35,944 bases of DNA, taken from positions 12,495,691-12,531,634 of the forward strand of contig NC_069006.1 of assembly GCF_001194135.2 (NCBI RefSeq), in the 5' to 3' direction. Positions 12,353 to 24,715 of the stretch are shown piece by piece. Each line of letters opens with the position of its first letter. Within the stretch, counting starts at the first letter, position 1. Source of the DNA: Octopus bimaculoides. Taxonomy: Eukaryota. Below the pieces are notes generated by a model. The model was not told the DNA's origin. It made no database searches and saw nothing but the letters and a program-made list of their open reading frames with translations. The position numbers and the translations under genes were made by a program.

Positions 12353-13432
12353 TGTAAGAACGACCGTGCGAACCCAAAAGAAGAAATGGTGATGAATGGA
12401 AAAACAGGGTTCCTTTATTAAACGTGTCACATGGTCGAACACAAAATATATCAAATGATATAAATATGTTATACTTCGATAACATAGAAAACTCGTAAAT
12501 GCCAGTAATGAAGACGATATTGACACAACCGATAGAGATGAATAACAGTAAGATTTATTGTAGCATTAAATTGTATGTCTGTGTGTGAGTGAATGCGACA
12601 TAATGAAACACAATAAAAGACAGGCCGTCATGTAAAGAAAAAGTGTGTGTAAGTAATACATGTATGTGGGTACGAGAGATACACAGTAGTAACACGTATA
12701 AGGATTTAATATACCAGTTCTTAGAGTACACAGTGGTAAGTGTCTGTATAAGAAGTTAAGGCGTGTGTGGCAGAGCGATCACTAGTTGTGATGTTAGGGC
12801 TTCTATGCCAAGCCAGGCTGGATACAGATGTTCTTCGCAGGCTAGGTTCTTGTCTATTATTTATCGTGGTCAAGATGAATCACACAAACAGAATCGAAGA
12901 GAAGTGCCGCGGTTAGCTGTTGGTAGCTTGTGTACGTGTAGAGTCATGTTGATGCTGTTGGGGACGCTGGTAGTCGTAGTGTCGTGTTGACGCTGGCGGC
13001 GATGCTGGTAGTCATAGTGTCGTGTTGCTGCTGGCGACGTCGGTGGCGATGCTTGTAGTTCGTAGTTGAACGATGGTGTTGATGTCGTCGCTGGAAACTG
13101 GTTAGCTGTGTTACGCGTGTGGCCGCAGCCAAATCTAGGCGATCTGGGGGCGCGACGATTTGGCGGGTATAATTTAGGCTATTTATAAGAAAATAGGGGC
13201 TCCAGGAAAGCATTAGAAAAACACTATCACGTGACCTTATTAGGGGCTGTGATTGGTCGATTTGCGTTCTGGCGGGAACGGTACAAGGCAGTTGCCGCTT
13301 CAAATAATAATCAGTCACGTGATGACAGGGAATGAGATGTTTTCTACTACAACCGAACTTGAATATATTTATAACAGTGGGGAAGATGGTTTGTTTGTAT
13401 ATAATGGCGATAGAAATGTTAGTTTCACTACA
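12353..13432 (-). mobile_element. Solo LTR (1080 bp) of an LTR retrotransposon, antisense to host gene
   Basis: TGTA...TACA termini; inserted in a TA run (TATA/TATATA both sides); locally CpG-rich. Minus-strand TATAAAT (13181-13187), CCAAT (13252-13256) and AATAAA (12414-12419). No PBS or PPT in the flanks. Confidence 0.75.
13181..13323 (-). promoter_or_regulatory. Putative LTR U3 promoter: TATA, CCAAT, two TCACGTGA E-boxes, E2F-like GGCGGGAA
   Basis: atttata 13181-13187; ATCACGTGAC 13226-13235 and its reverse complement GTCACGTGAT 13314-13323; attgg 13252-13256; ggcgggaa 13271-13278. Activity untested. Confidence 0.5.
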
Positions 13433-14033
13433 TATATATTCACCATAAAAATCTATGGATAATTTAGCAGATTGCTAATGTGTATACAAATATATACATA
13501 TNNNNNNNNNNNNNNNNNNNNNNNNNNNNNNNNNNNNNNNNNNNNNNNNNNNNNNNNNNNNNNNNNNNNNNNNNNNNNNNNNNNNNNNNNNNNNNNNNNN
13601 NNNNNNNNNNNNNNNNNNNNNNNNNNNNNNNNNNNNNNNNNNNNNNNNNNNNNNNNNNNNNNNNNNNNNNNNNNNATATATATATATATATATAATCATC
13701 ATCATCATTTAATGTCCGTTGTCCATGCTGGCATGGGTTGGATGGTTTGACTGGGCTGGAAGGCTGGAAGGCTGTGCCAGGATCCAGTCTGATTTGGCAT
13801 GGTTTCTACGGCTGGATGCCCTTCCTAACACCAACCACTCTGGGAGTGTAATGAGTGCTTTTACATGCCACCAGCACAGGTGCCATTTACGTGACACCAG
13901 TATCTGCCATGACTGCAATTTTGTTCAGCTTGATGGATCTTTTTCTCAAGCCCAACATAATGCTAAAGGTCTTGGTCATTGCCTCCATGAGGCCCAACAC
14001 TCAAAAGGAGCTTGACCACTTTGCCTCCATGAG

Positions 14034-14084
<51 letters not shown>

Positions 14085-14679
14085 GAAAGAGAGAGAGAAA
14101 GAGAGATGAACAATGGTCATTACACTATATATAAATATATGGAAGTTAAATAAATGACAAAAGAACAGGAAATTACATCATGAACTTCATTAGCTTTACA
14201 GCTGTTTCTGCTATAGGATGTCGTGCACTCAGGGTTGAGGTTTGTGCTGACCTCACTAGAGTCAGTATCACATAAAATGCACCCAGTCCACTCTGAAAAG
14301 CAGTTGGCACCAGGAAGAGTATCAAAAGCAGACTTTGAAACTTGGTGCAGTCCTCTGGTTCACCAGGTCCTGTAGGACTGTCCAATCCATATCAGGAGGG
14401 AATGTGGATGATGATGATGATTATATATATATATATATATATATAACCAGAGATATGACTGTGTGGTTGAGAAATTCACTTTAAAAAAATCATGGTTTCA
14501 AGTTCAGTCCCAGTGTGTGGGACATCATAGTTAATCAAAGCTTTCTCTGTGTGTTTGGTCAACAGAAACTAATAAAAGTGTTTAATATACATTTATTCAT
14601 TTTTGTCATTCAACTGCATGCTACGAGCTATTCTGAGTTATTGTTCATAGCTCATTTTTGTTTAAATTATGCAAATTAC

Positions 14680-15085
14680 ATCATCATCATCATCATCATC
14701 GTCATCGTTTAACATCCGCTTTCCATGCTAGCATGGGTTGGACGATTTGACTGGGGACTGGTGAACCAGATGGCTACACCAGGCTCCAATCTGATTTGGC
14801 AGAGTTTCTACAGCTGGATGCCCTTCCTAACGCCAACCACTCCGAGACTGTAGTGGGTGCTTTTACCTGCCACTGGCACGATGGCCAGTCAGGTGGTACT
14901 GGCAACGGCCACGCTCAAAATGGTGTAATTTACGTGCTACCTGCACAGGAGCCAGTTCAATGGCACTGGCACGATCTCGCTCGAATGTCTTTACACATGC
15001 CACCGGCACAAGTGCCAGGAAGGCGATGCTGGGCACAGGTGCCATCACGATTTCGCTTTCGCTTGCCCCAACAGGTCTTCACAAG
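14680..15085 (-). mobile_element. Non-LTR retroposon 3' end with (ATG)n tail (RTE-like LINE or its SINE partner)
   Basis: (CAT)n followed by ttaacatccgctttccatgctagcatgggttggacg...ggatgcccttcctaacgccaacca. Same motif at ~3340-3500 (+), 5395-5530, 13695-14035, 18320-18655, 21595-21745 (+), 25785-26010, 27820-28010 and 31130-31350. RTE assignment is from memory. Confidence 0.65.
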
Positions 15086-15780
15086 TTTCATGCATTCTAA
15101 TCTTTATTATATATATATATATATATATGTATGTCTAAGTGTCTCATTTGTTGGAGAAACGGTAGAATAATTAGCAGTGCTGGTGACACCTACTGTACAT
15201 TGTATAACGACATGATTGACCAGACTATCAGACGTTGTTATACATTGCTGGTCACAATGCATTTCACATTGTTTTAGCTTTTGAATGATGTTACCCCACT
15301 GGGTAGGCAAGCAGGCCAACATTCCCCCTCATCAGAAGGCTAGTTTGTTGCAAGGTTACCTTTTTACAGCTGAGTGAACCAGAGCAATGTGAAATGAAGT
15401 GTTTTGCTCAAGAACAAAACCCACAGCTCAGTCTAGGAATCAAACAAATGATCTAGCAATTGTGAGTGCAACAGACCTAACCACTCGGTCACATGCCTTT
15501 ACTTTGTATAATAATTTAGTGAATATATTAATATATTATATAATAATACATTATATAATTATTCCTATATAAGTATATATATATGGTATCTTAATGGTTT
15601 CCCAAAGCCAATACTAATAATAATAATTATGCTATAGAGGTTCTTTAACAAGTAATTTAGAGTAGAAAATGGTAAGAGGAATATAATTTGCTACAGATTA
15701 TACTAACAATGATATATATATATATATATATATCAGTCTGTTCTGGAATTCAATAATAAAGCTTATTATATATATATACA

Positions 15781-17031
15781 CAGGGTGTGGTAAATAATCT
15801 GTTGTCTAAATTATGCAAAAATGAAAAAAACACTGACATCTCATTTTAACAGATATATTTACCAAAATTACATAAAAATATCTTGAAATATTAAAGACTA
15901 AATATATTCAATAAAACCGCCGTTGGCTTCAACCATGGCCTCCAGATGACTACGGAATCTGCAACTCTTCTGGATGGTCTCCTCGTAAGTTGGTGAATGC
16001 TGCCATAATCCTTGCCCTCAGTTCATCTTTGAAGTTACAAGGAGTTTTGTTGGTTTCTCACTCAACTGTGCTCCACACATACTAATCAAGGGGGTTGCAG
16101 TCTGGGGAGCTGGGTGGCCAGATGTTAGGGGTTATGTGGTCACAAAAATTGTCTGATAGCCATTCCTGGGTTCTCCTGCTTGTGTGGCATGGTGCAGAGT
16201 CCTGTTGGCAGACATAGGGTCTTCCAGCAACCACCCTCTTAACCCAGAGCAGCACTACCTCCTCCAGGTACTTAATGTAGGTCTCCGTGTTGAGTCTGAG
16301 TCCATGTGGTAAGATGAATGGAGGAATAACATCGCCATCACTAGTGATCACTCCAAACACCATGATGTTGACTGGATGTTTTATTTTTATCCCTCTTGGT
16401 ACATATTTTGGGGACACAGCAAGCCAACAGTTGTTCTGTGTGTTCACCATCTGATCCTAGCAGAAGTTTCTCTCATCTGAGAAAAAAACCAAAGCATGTT
16501 TGGCTGGAGGAGATGCTAGAGTTTCTTCAAAAGCTTCATAGCATGGTCTTTCCTCATCTTTGATGGCTTGGGATAAAAATTGGCCCTTTCTCATCTTGTA
16601 TGAGCAATACCGAAAGTCTTCATTCACTGCCTGCCTGATAAGAAACTCAGACACTCCCATGTCTTTGGCGATAGTCCTAACTGACTTGGAGGGATCGTTC
16701 AACAAATTCAGGAGTTCTTTTCTTATCCGATCTGCCATACCTTCGTAATCACCATTAGACTTATCCAACTCTTTTTGAATCCTTTCCACTGTCCTCAGAT
16801 TGACACCCAAACAGTCTGAAATGTTTGTGTTGGAGTTTCTGGTACAAATGCCAAGCAGTACAGCATGTAGTTTCCAAATTTCTGGCAGAGTGAAATGCAT
16901 CATGGTGCTGTTTTTCTCACAGACGGTGCCCAACTGACCCTACTATACTGTGTAGTTAACAAAGTCAAAAACAAACAATGCATATGTGCGAAATTAGAAA
17001 TATCAAATGGCAACAATTTACCCATCACACC

Positions 17032-17034
<3 letters not shown>
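15781..17034 (-). mobile_element. Decayed Tc1/mariner-superfamily DD37D (maT-type) transposon
   Basis: ORFs 16457-16933 and 16082-16450 are one frame broken by TAG. Motifs FFSDERNF, VMVFGVITSDG (as IMVFG), QQDSAPCH and WPPSSPDCNPLD, with 37 residues between 2nd and 3rd Asp. Imperfect 26-bp TIRs (17/26 match by hand); TA follows the right end. Confidence 0.9.
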
Positions 17035-17067
<33 letters not shown>

Positions 17068-17652
17068 GTTTGTGTGTGTGTATATATACAAATACACACA
17101 CACACAAACTCACAAATTTATAGGCACTGACCTGCAATCATTTTATAGTCAGGGTAATAATAAAAAGCAATGTCAATTTTGTTCCTAATAACTTAATGAA
17201 ATCTGATCCGATATAAATAGAAATTTGTCTCAGAATTTTATAGGCCTTCCTAATATCACGGCTTTCACCCAGTTTGGGATGGATTTGATTAAATTATCAA
17301 TGACAAACTTATCTGGGTTTATCTACTCTTTAACCAATGTTTGTTTCAGCTCTATAACTGATGTACTTTTCTTCAATCTTTCTGAAAACTTTATATATGT
17401 ATATATACACACACAAACACACACACGCTGAGAGAGAGAAAGAGAGAGTAGAAGACAGACAGACGGACAGATAGATACAACATAAATTCTTAACATACTG
17501 AAATTACCTCCCCTTTAAGAGAAAAATAAAGAGTAAGCAAATACCTTGTGGTGATTGTGACCAACTCTGAATCACAAGAGGAGATAATCTCAAGAACCAA
17601 GAACTCTCCAGAAGTGACATGCCCTTAAAGAAAAGAGAACAGCTGTATTATA

Positions 17653-17880
17653 AAGGTAACTCCTTGGACTAATATTCCACAGGTCATCTCTTGGACTAAT
17701 ATTTTATTAGTAACCACTCAAATTACAATTTTATAGTTATTACCTTCAACTAAAATTTTATTAGTGACCCCCCCCCCCCNNNNNNNNNNNTGTCAGCTGA
17801 TATTTTATTGGTAATCCCCATAAACTAATATTTATTTGTGGCCCTTTAAACTATTATTTTATTAGTGACTCCTTGAACTG
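17653..17880. repeat. Short-unit (~25-30 bp) degenerate minisatellite just before exon 17899
   Basis: Recurring actaatattttattagt(g/a)ac(c/t)cc motif, interrupted by an 11-N gap. Confidence 0.6.
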
Positions 17881-17898
17881 ATCTTTTATTTTTTTCAG

Positions 17899-18002
17899 CT
17901 GGAAGTGGACCCTGACAGCTACTTTCGCAATGTCCACCAGATCAAAAGATACAGGTCTCATAACCAAATCAAAGAATTGCGGGAACCAGTTGATAGAGAG
18001 AA
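17899..18002 (+). CDS. M13 peptidase exon LEVDPDSYFRNVHQIKRYRSHNQIKELREPVDRE(K)
   Basis: Acceptor ttttttcag|, donor AA|gtatgg; 104 nt; YFxN...LRxxVD pattern. Not called in the ORF track. Confidence 0.93.
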
Positions 18003-18921
18003 GTATGGCATTAATCTGTTTTATGGAGATGCTGGTGATACCAGTTATATACAATGTCACATGTGAATACTTGTGTGTGTGTGTGTGTTATACTTCCTTT
18101 GTTTGCTTCTTTCTTTCTCACCACTTTTCCTCTTCCACTATTTTTCTCCCATTTTCTCTCTTTTTTCACCATTTTCTTTCATTTTTCATCATGAAAGACA
18201 AGCATCCAAAACATCAAGACCCTTTCCCTTTCCTTTCAAATGGTAAACTAATACAACCTTTGTTAAAATTTATCCCTCTTGTTTTGCCTTTTTTTCACTC
18301 ATTACCTTATGTAATACATATCATCATCATTTAACGTCCATTAGCATGGTTGGACAGTTTGACCAGGGCTGGTAAGCTGAGGTGCTGCACCAGACTCCAA
18401 TCTGATTTGGCATGCCTTCTGCAGCTGGATACCCTTCCTAATGCCAACCACTTCGAGAGTGTAATGGGTGCTTTTACATGCCACCAATATCTGCCATGAT
18501 TATGACTTCACTTGGCTTGATGAGTCTTCTACTCAAGCATAACATATTGCCAAAGGTCCCAGTCATCTGTGATTGCCTCTGCAAGGCCTAACACTCAGAA
18601 AATGTTTATTACATGCCACTAGCACGGGTGCTAGTTATGCGACACCGGCATCATGACCACACATATTCATTGTGTGTGTTTTGTTTGTTCACTGGTTCAT
18701 TTCAGTTTAGTGCCTGGGGGATGAATCTCTCATTACACTGGGTGTTAAAACACCTGAAAGTCTAACACCCAGTATAAGGAAGGTGTCGTTCCCCAGACAC
18801 TGCACCACAACAAATCACCAAAGCACCCACATTGAGTATGTGTAGCCGATAACATATATTTATGCAAAAAAGCTATGTTAAGAATATTATTCAACTACTA
18901 CCGTAGTTGAATGATAAATAA

Positions 18922-19132
18922 AAGTTGTAATAATAAGTCAAACCAGACAGTGATATTTTGAAATTATTTAGACATCTATGTTTCAGATCTGTATAATATC
19001 TAATAGGAAAAACGTCTGGAAGGTCTTGCATAATTGATGCATTTCCTCTTATATATATTACACAGACATGAAACATACATATTAAATAATTTCAAAATAT
19101 CACAATTTGGTTTGACTTCATTATTACAACTT
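18922..19132. mobile_element. Fold-back / MITE-like ~210-bp palindromic element
   Basis: 18922-18970 pairs with 19083-19132 with few mismatches, and pairing continues inward to a ~20-nt loop. TA at 18919-18920 and 19134-19135, one base outside the arms. Confidence 0.7.
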
Positions 19133-19430
19133 ATACATGTTGATGTCAGTACAAACTAACCAGTCCAGACTCCACTTACACAGATACACCAACAAGGATT
19201 TGGGGTAGTTTGTTATATTTGACTCTGGTACAATTCATAGCTTGTAATCATAGCACAAAACACACACACACACACACACATAAAGAGGTAAATTCTTCTA
19301 TAATCAAATCTTTTGGGAGCAGTTCAATCACTTCTCTCTCTCTAATAAATGCCTAATAGACCAGCATGAACATCATAACATTCATCTGCCATTATAGTCA
19401 ATACATACTTTGTTCTTATTCCCACTTCAG

Positions 19431-19489
19431 ATGGTTGCAAGACCCAGCTGTTATTAATGCTTATTACAACCCAAATACTAATGATATTG
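19431..19489 (+). CDS. M13 peptidase exon (K)WLQDPAVINAYYNPNTNDI(V)
   Basis: Acceptor cacttcag|, donor G|gtaagt; 59 nt; substrate-binding NAYY motif. Confidence 0.96.
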
Positions 19490-19559
19490 GTAAGTATGTT
19501 TATTTCTCTGACATTCTATTTCTTAACTCCACTCCTTTTGTGTCTGTATGTATGTATGT

Positions 19560-19600
<41 letters not shown>

Positions 19601-19740
19601 AACACACACACACACACAAACACAAATACAAACACAAACACACACACAAACACAAACACACACAAACACACACACAAACACACACACAAACACACAAACA
19701 CACACACAAACACACACAAACACACACACACACACACACA
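19560..19740. repeat. (CA)n/(CAAA) microsatellite
   Basis: Visible; source of the HTHT/VCVC ORFs. Confidence 0.95.
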
Positions 19741-20160
19741 GAGGCACTTGTTTAGTGTTGCCTGTTGGAAGAGAACTGAATACCATAGTAGAGATTAATG
19801 ATATATTTTTTTATTTTGGAATTCATTTGTGGGAGAAGTATGCTTGAAAACTTGAAAACGGAACTTTCTCACTTAGATGGAAAGAGAAAGTGTTTCCTCT
19901 TTTGATTCAGGATGTTAGCTGCAGTTAAACTACATGTCCTAAAATGTGTAAACTTGACCATGCAACCAATTACACTGTGAAGCCCTTAAATTTATGACTT
20001 TAACCTCTCAACCAATTAACATCACCTATCCCATAATATTCGACCTTGACCAATTACAGTAAATATCCCAAAGTATGTAGCCTTGATCTTGACTTATTAA
20101 ACAATCTTAAGATTCTTTCTCCAATGCAATTTTTTAACTAGGAAATTTGTTTATTTTCAG

Positions 20161-20212
20161 TTTTTCCTGCCGGAATACTACAGCCTGTCTTTTACAGTAA
20201 CTCCTATCCAAA
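20161..20212 (+). CDS. M13 peptidase exon (V)FPAGILQPVFYSNSYP(K)
   Basis: Acceptor ttattttcag|, donor AA|gtaagt; 52 nt; FPAGILQP motif. Confidence 0.96.
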
Positions 20213-22090
20213 GTAAGTAATATTTAGATATTGAAATTATTGCAACATTCCGGTTTATCACTCAGGGGCACCATCCCACATGAAAAAAAAAAACAGTTAA
20301 CATTAAATTTATTATTCAATGAGCATCTAAATGCTACTTAATTATAGGATAAGGAAAAGAAAACATTAGAATACTAATTAATATTATGTTTTTCCCCCCT
20401 CTCTTCTCTCTCAATTGCTGAACAGTCTATGAAGAAAAAGAAGAAAAGAAAAATACATTCCATGAATATCTGTAATTATTTTCCATCTGTAAGAAATGTC
20501 TTGCTTCATAAAATATTTCATTTAATTTCAGTACTTTGGGTTATACCATGCTGATGATTTCTAATAAGAATGAAATAGTGTTATTCAGGATTACCTAAGA
20601 CTAGAGATTTTTAACATCTTTGTAAAGAGCAAGGAAAAAGAAAATTAAACATATGTATTCTTTGTATCTGCTTTGTTGGTTTTTGATTTAAAATTGAAGC
20701 TTCTAATTCCACCAGCGTCTGTCTAGAAATGATTATCTCCCTTACAATAACTGGCCACCAGGGCACACCATATGCTTTTAACATTTTATTAACTACGTTA
20801 ACACTATTAACTTTACGATTATTTTGATAGTAAAGCAAGAATTTAACATAATCATGAATCAATTGAAATTCCACCTTTAATGAAGAGAATATTTGTTATT
20901 TGTTCATTCATTTTTATGTCTGCTTTTCCTTGTCAGCATGATTTAGATGTGTGTATTATTGAGGCATGGTTTTACAGCTAGACAATTCCTGTTTCTAAAC
21001 AGTACCTTTCTTTCAAGGAAGAATTCTCTTACTTTACATATTTTTGAAGGAGCAAAATTTGTTAACAATTTGTTAACAGTAGAAATGACATCACTGAAGT
21101 TCAGTGATTTTTCAGAAAAGCACAAATGTAAACATACACATGCACTATGATACATACATGTGTGTGTGTTCTCCTCACTACCAATGGTATCATCATTACC
21201 ACCCATCTACTAGCATCCTTATAGCTTCCCCAATATGTGCACATCCCTCCCCTCAACCTTTCTCCAATCTTTGCTGATGTTGCCTACCTCTCTCTCCTAC
21301 TTCCCCTATACACTCTTCCAAACCCCCACTCCCCCTACCGACTACTGCTGCTCCTGTAATCTGAAGTGTCACCTGGACACCTTGTCACCACTACCTCCTT
21401 CAAGGTAACTCTAATTCAATTTCATTCTCTCCCCTAAATGTGAGTAGCCATGTAGCTTCTCAACAACATGAACCTACTCTACTCCAAATTCTTCCTTAAC
21501 ATATGGACACCCACACCTCCCTCCTTGGGTTTGTTGACTGGTGAGCCACAGGGTAACCTCATTAGTACTGCTGGCACAAATAAAGTATCCAATACACATT
21601 GTAAAATGCCTGGCATTAGGAAGGGCATCCAGCCATAGAAACCATGCCAAAGCAGACACTGGAGCATGATGCAGATTTTCAATTCATTGGATCCTTGTTT
21701 TCTGTCCAACCCATGCTAGTATGGAGGATGGATGTTAAATGATGAGGATTTTTTATATATATTTGTATGTGTTTTGTTTAATATATATATATATATATAT
21801 ATATANNNNNNNNNNNNNNNNNNNNNNNNNNNNNNNNNNNNNNNNNNNNNNNNNNNNNNNNNNNNNNNNNNNNNNNNNNNNNNNNNNNNNNNNNNNNNNN
21901 NNNNNNNNNNNNNNNNNNNNNNNNNNNNNNNNNNNNNNNNNNNNNNNNNNNNNNNNNNNNNNNNNNNNNNNNNNNNNNNNNNNNNNNNNNNNNNNNNNNN
22001 NNNNNNNNNNNNNNNNNNNNNNNNNNNNNNNNNNNNNNNNNNNNNNNNNNNNNNNNNNNNNNNNNNTATATATGCACACACACACACATG

Positions 22091-22136
<46 letters not shown>

Positions 22137-22504
22137 TAAATAAATAAATGGTGATAGGCTTTCACAGTTTTTGCTTGCCAAATCCACTTACAAGGCTTTA
22201 CTCAACCCAAGACTAGGCAGAAGACAGTTGGCCAAGGTGTCATGCAGTGAGGCTGAACCTGAAACCATGTGGTTGGGAAGTAAACTTCCAAAACCACACA
22301 GCCATGCCTAAGCCTATCATTATAAGGATTAATTCTGGTGAAGAAAGGCAAATGAGATAACCCTGGAATTTATATTTGTTTATATTAACAATAGAATGTA
22401 ATGAGAAGTGAGTTGTTCTGATGATTTTGTTTCTCAAAATTCTTCTTCCTCTGGCACCCCTTACATACTGTACTTCCTGATAACAAACCAATTTAATCTT
22501 GTAG

Positions 22505-22572
22505 GTCTCTGAATTACGGTGGAATCGGTATCGTAATTGGGCATGAAATTACGCATGGCTTTGATAACAGAG
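22505..22572 (+). CDS. M13 peptidase exon (K)SLNYGGIGIVIGHEITHGFDNR(G) with HEXXH zinc motif
   Basis: Acceptor tcttgtag|, donor G|gtaagt; 68 nt; HEITH with two Zn ligands and the catalytic Glu. Confidence 0.98.
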
Positions 22573-24644
22573 GTAAGTAGAAGAATTGCTGTGGAATTAT
22601 CTGATTTACAACTTTAGCTGTTATATATATATATATATATTACACACACATACATACCTACTTATGTATACATTCTTGTACAGTTACTTAGCAATTCTTC
22701 CACCATTACTCTCTCTCTCTCTCTCTCTTTCTCTCCATGTAAATATATAATTATCATCATTACCATCATCATTATAATTGAATGTCTGTTTTCCATGCTC
22801 GCATAGATTGGATGGATCATCATGATCTGAGTCATTTCCCATTGAGAACCTCTAAAACAGGTCTAAATAGATCTCACATCTCAATACTTGATGTGAGAAG
22901 AAAAAGAGGGGAGTGAGATTACCCTTAAGGTCCACAAATCTTCTTTCTAATTTTAAATACAACCTTGGTGATTTCACCAGGAAGTCACTCTTGTACCATG
23001 ATGACTTCCACTGGGACAAAAAGGAAAGTGTGTTGTTATTCAATGTCTTCATGAGGAGTTACAATGGGGCTGTAGTTGCAGCCCTCACTGTATTATTTAT
23101 CCTGGATGCTCATAAGTTGATATTCCCTCCATAGCTCAGCACTATACACCGATAATGGCCTGGCAACTTCAAACAACATAAAGGCTATGACCAGTCTTTG
23201 GATAAATTGGGAAAGAAATTGATAGGAATTTTCTAGGACTTTGGTTATAACACAAACATCACACCAGTTTATCAACAGTTAACTTCTTACGCATTACTCT
23301 TGACCTTAAGAGAGGCATGTATACTATCCCTAAAGAAAATCTGGTGGGGAGACTGCATCCATTCAGAGGGATTCTAACCACCTGCAGCTTTAATTTGGAA
23401 TTTAGTAGTTGGTATTAGTAGAAGATTCTCTAATCTATCCTTGGATAAAAACATGTTTGTTTGAAAATAGGTGAGGGTTGGTGACAGGAAGATTATCTGG
23501 GCATGAAAATTTTGCATCAAAATGTTGCCTGACCAAAGGAAGCATGAAAAATTTGATATTAACATTAGAGAGAGAGGGAGGTGGGGACAAGCAGACAGAC
23601 AGAGGTGTGACTGTGTAGTGCCAAACCATGTGGTTTGGGATTCAGTCTCACAGCTTGCCACCTTGGGCAAGCATCTTGTACCATAGCCCAACACCAACCA
23701 AAGTCTTGTGAGTGGATTTGTAAGGTGAAAACTGAAAGAACCCTATCTTGTGTATGTGTGGGGGGGTATCTTTGTCTAGACCTCACATGACAGTTATAAA
23801 CAAGAATCACCGTCAATCAAGCAGAGTCTCCATTTCCAGTATTCCACAAAAACATGTCCAGCCATGAATAAATATGTCCTTGCTTGGAAACAAAGGTTGG
23901 CAACAGAAAGGGCATCCAGTCATAGAAAATTTGCCTCAACAAATTTTGTCTGATTCATGCAAGAATGGAAAAGTGGACATCAAATGTTTATGTGTGTAAA
24001 TATAAATGTCTGTTATTATGTCGACATATATATAAAGAACTTAATTCAATACTTTCTGGTAGAATACATGTTTATTAAATTTTTACAAGGTAAAAGTTGA
24101 CAGTGACTTTAGACTATTTACTCACCTTAATCAGACTGATGAAAGTGAATAATTCATATATACTTATTTATGGTTGTTATGTGTGTATGCCTTTATGGTT
24201 CCTTACTCTATATGTGTATATGTACTCTACACACAAAGAGACATTAAAGTAATGTAAATAACTCACCCAGTTACAGAGTTATGATGGTTCAATGATGGAA
24301 CAACATTGGTGCTGTAATTGAGTGATGCTGGTTTAAGGATGGAACAACACTAGGGCAATAATTGAGTGGCTGGATGCCTTTCCTGCTACAGAAACTCTAC
24401 CTTACCAAATTCCATCTGACCCATGCAAGCATGAAAAAATAGACATTAAACCAATGATGTGACAGACAGATAGACAGATAAATAGATAGAATGTTTAATT
24501 GTTGTCTGTGAGAAGAAAGTATACCCAATATCATAGTATAGATTAATGATATTCATATTTTGGACTAGTTAGACCCTTGCATCTCTTGGCAGAGTAGGAA
24601 TAGACTGACTTGACCAAAGTATAAATATTATACACATACACACG

Positions 24645-24715
<71 letters not shown>

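Noticed and set aside
20611-21206. Two 87-aa minus-strand ORFs with ordinary composition
   Set aside because: No recognisable motif or splice context; lengths are compatible with chance.
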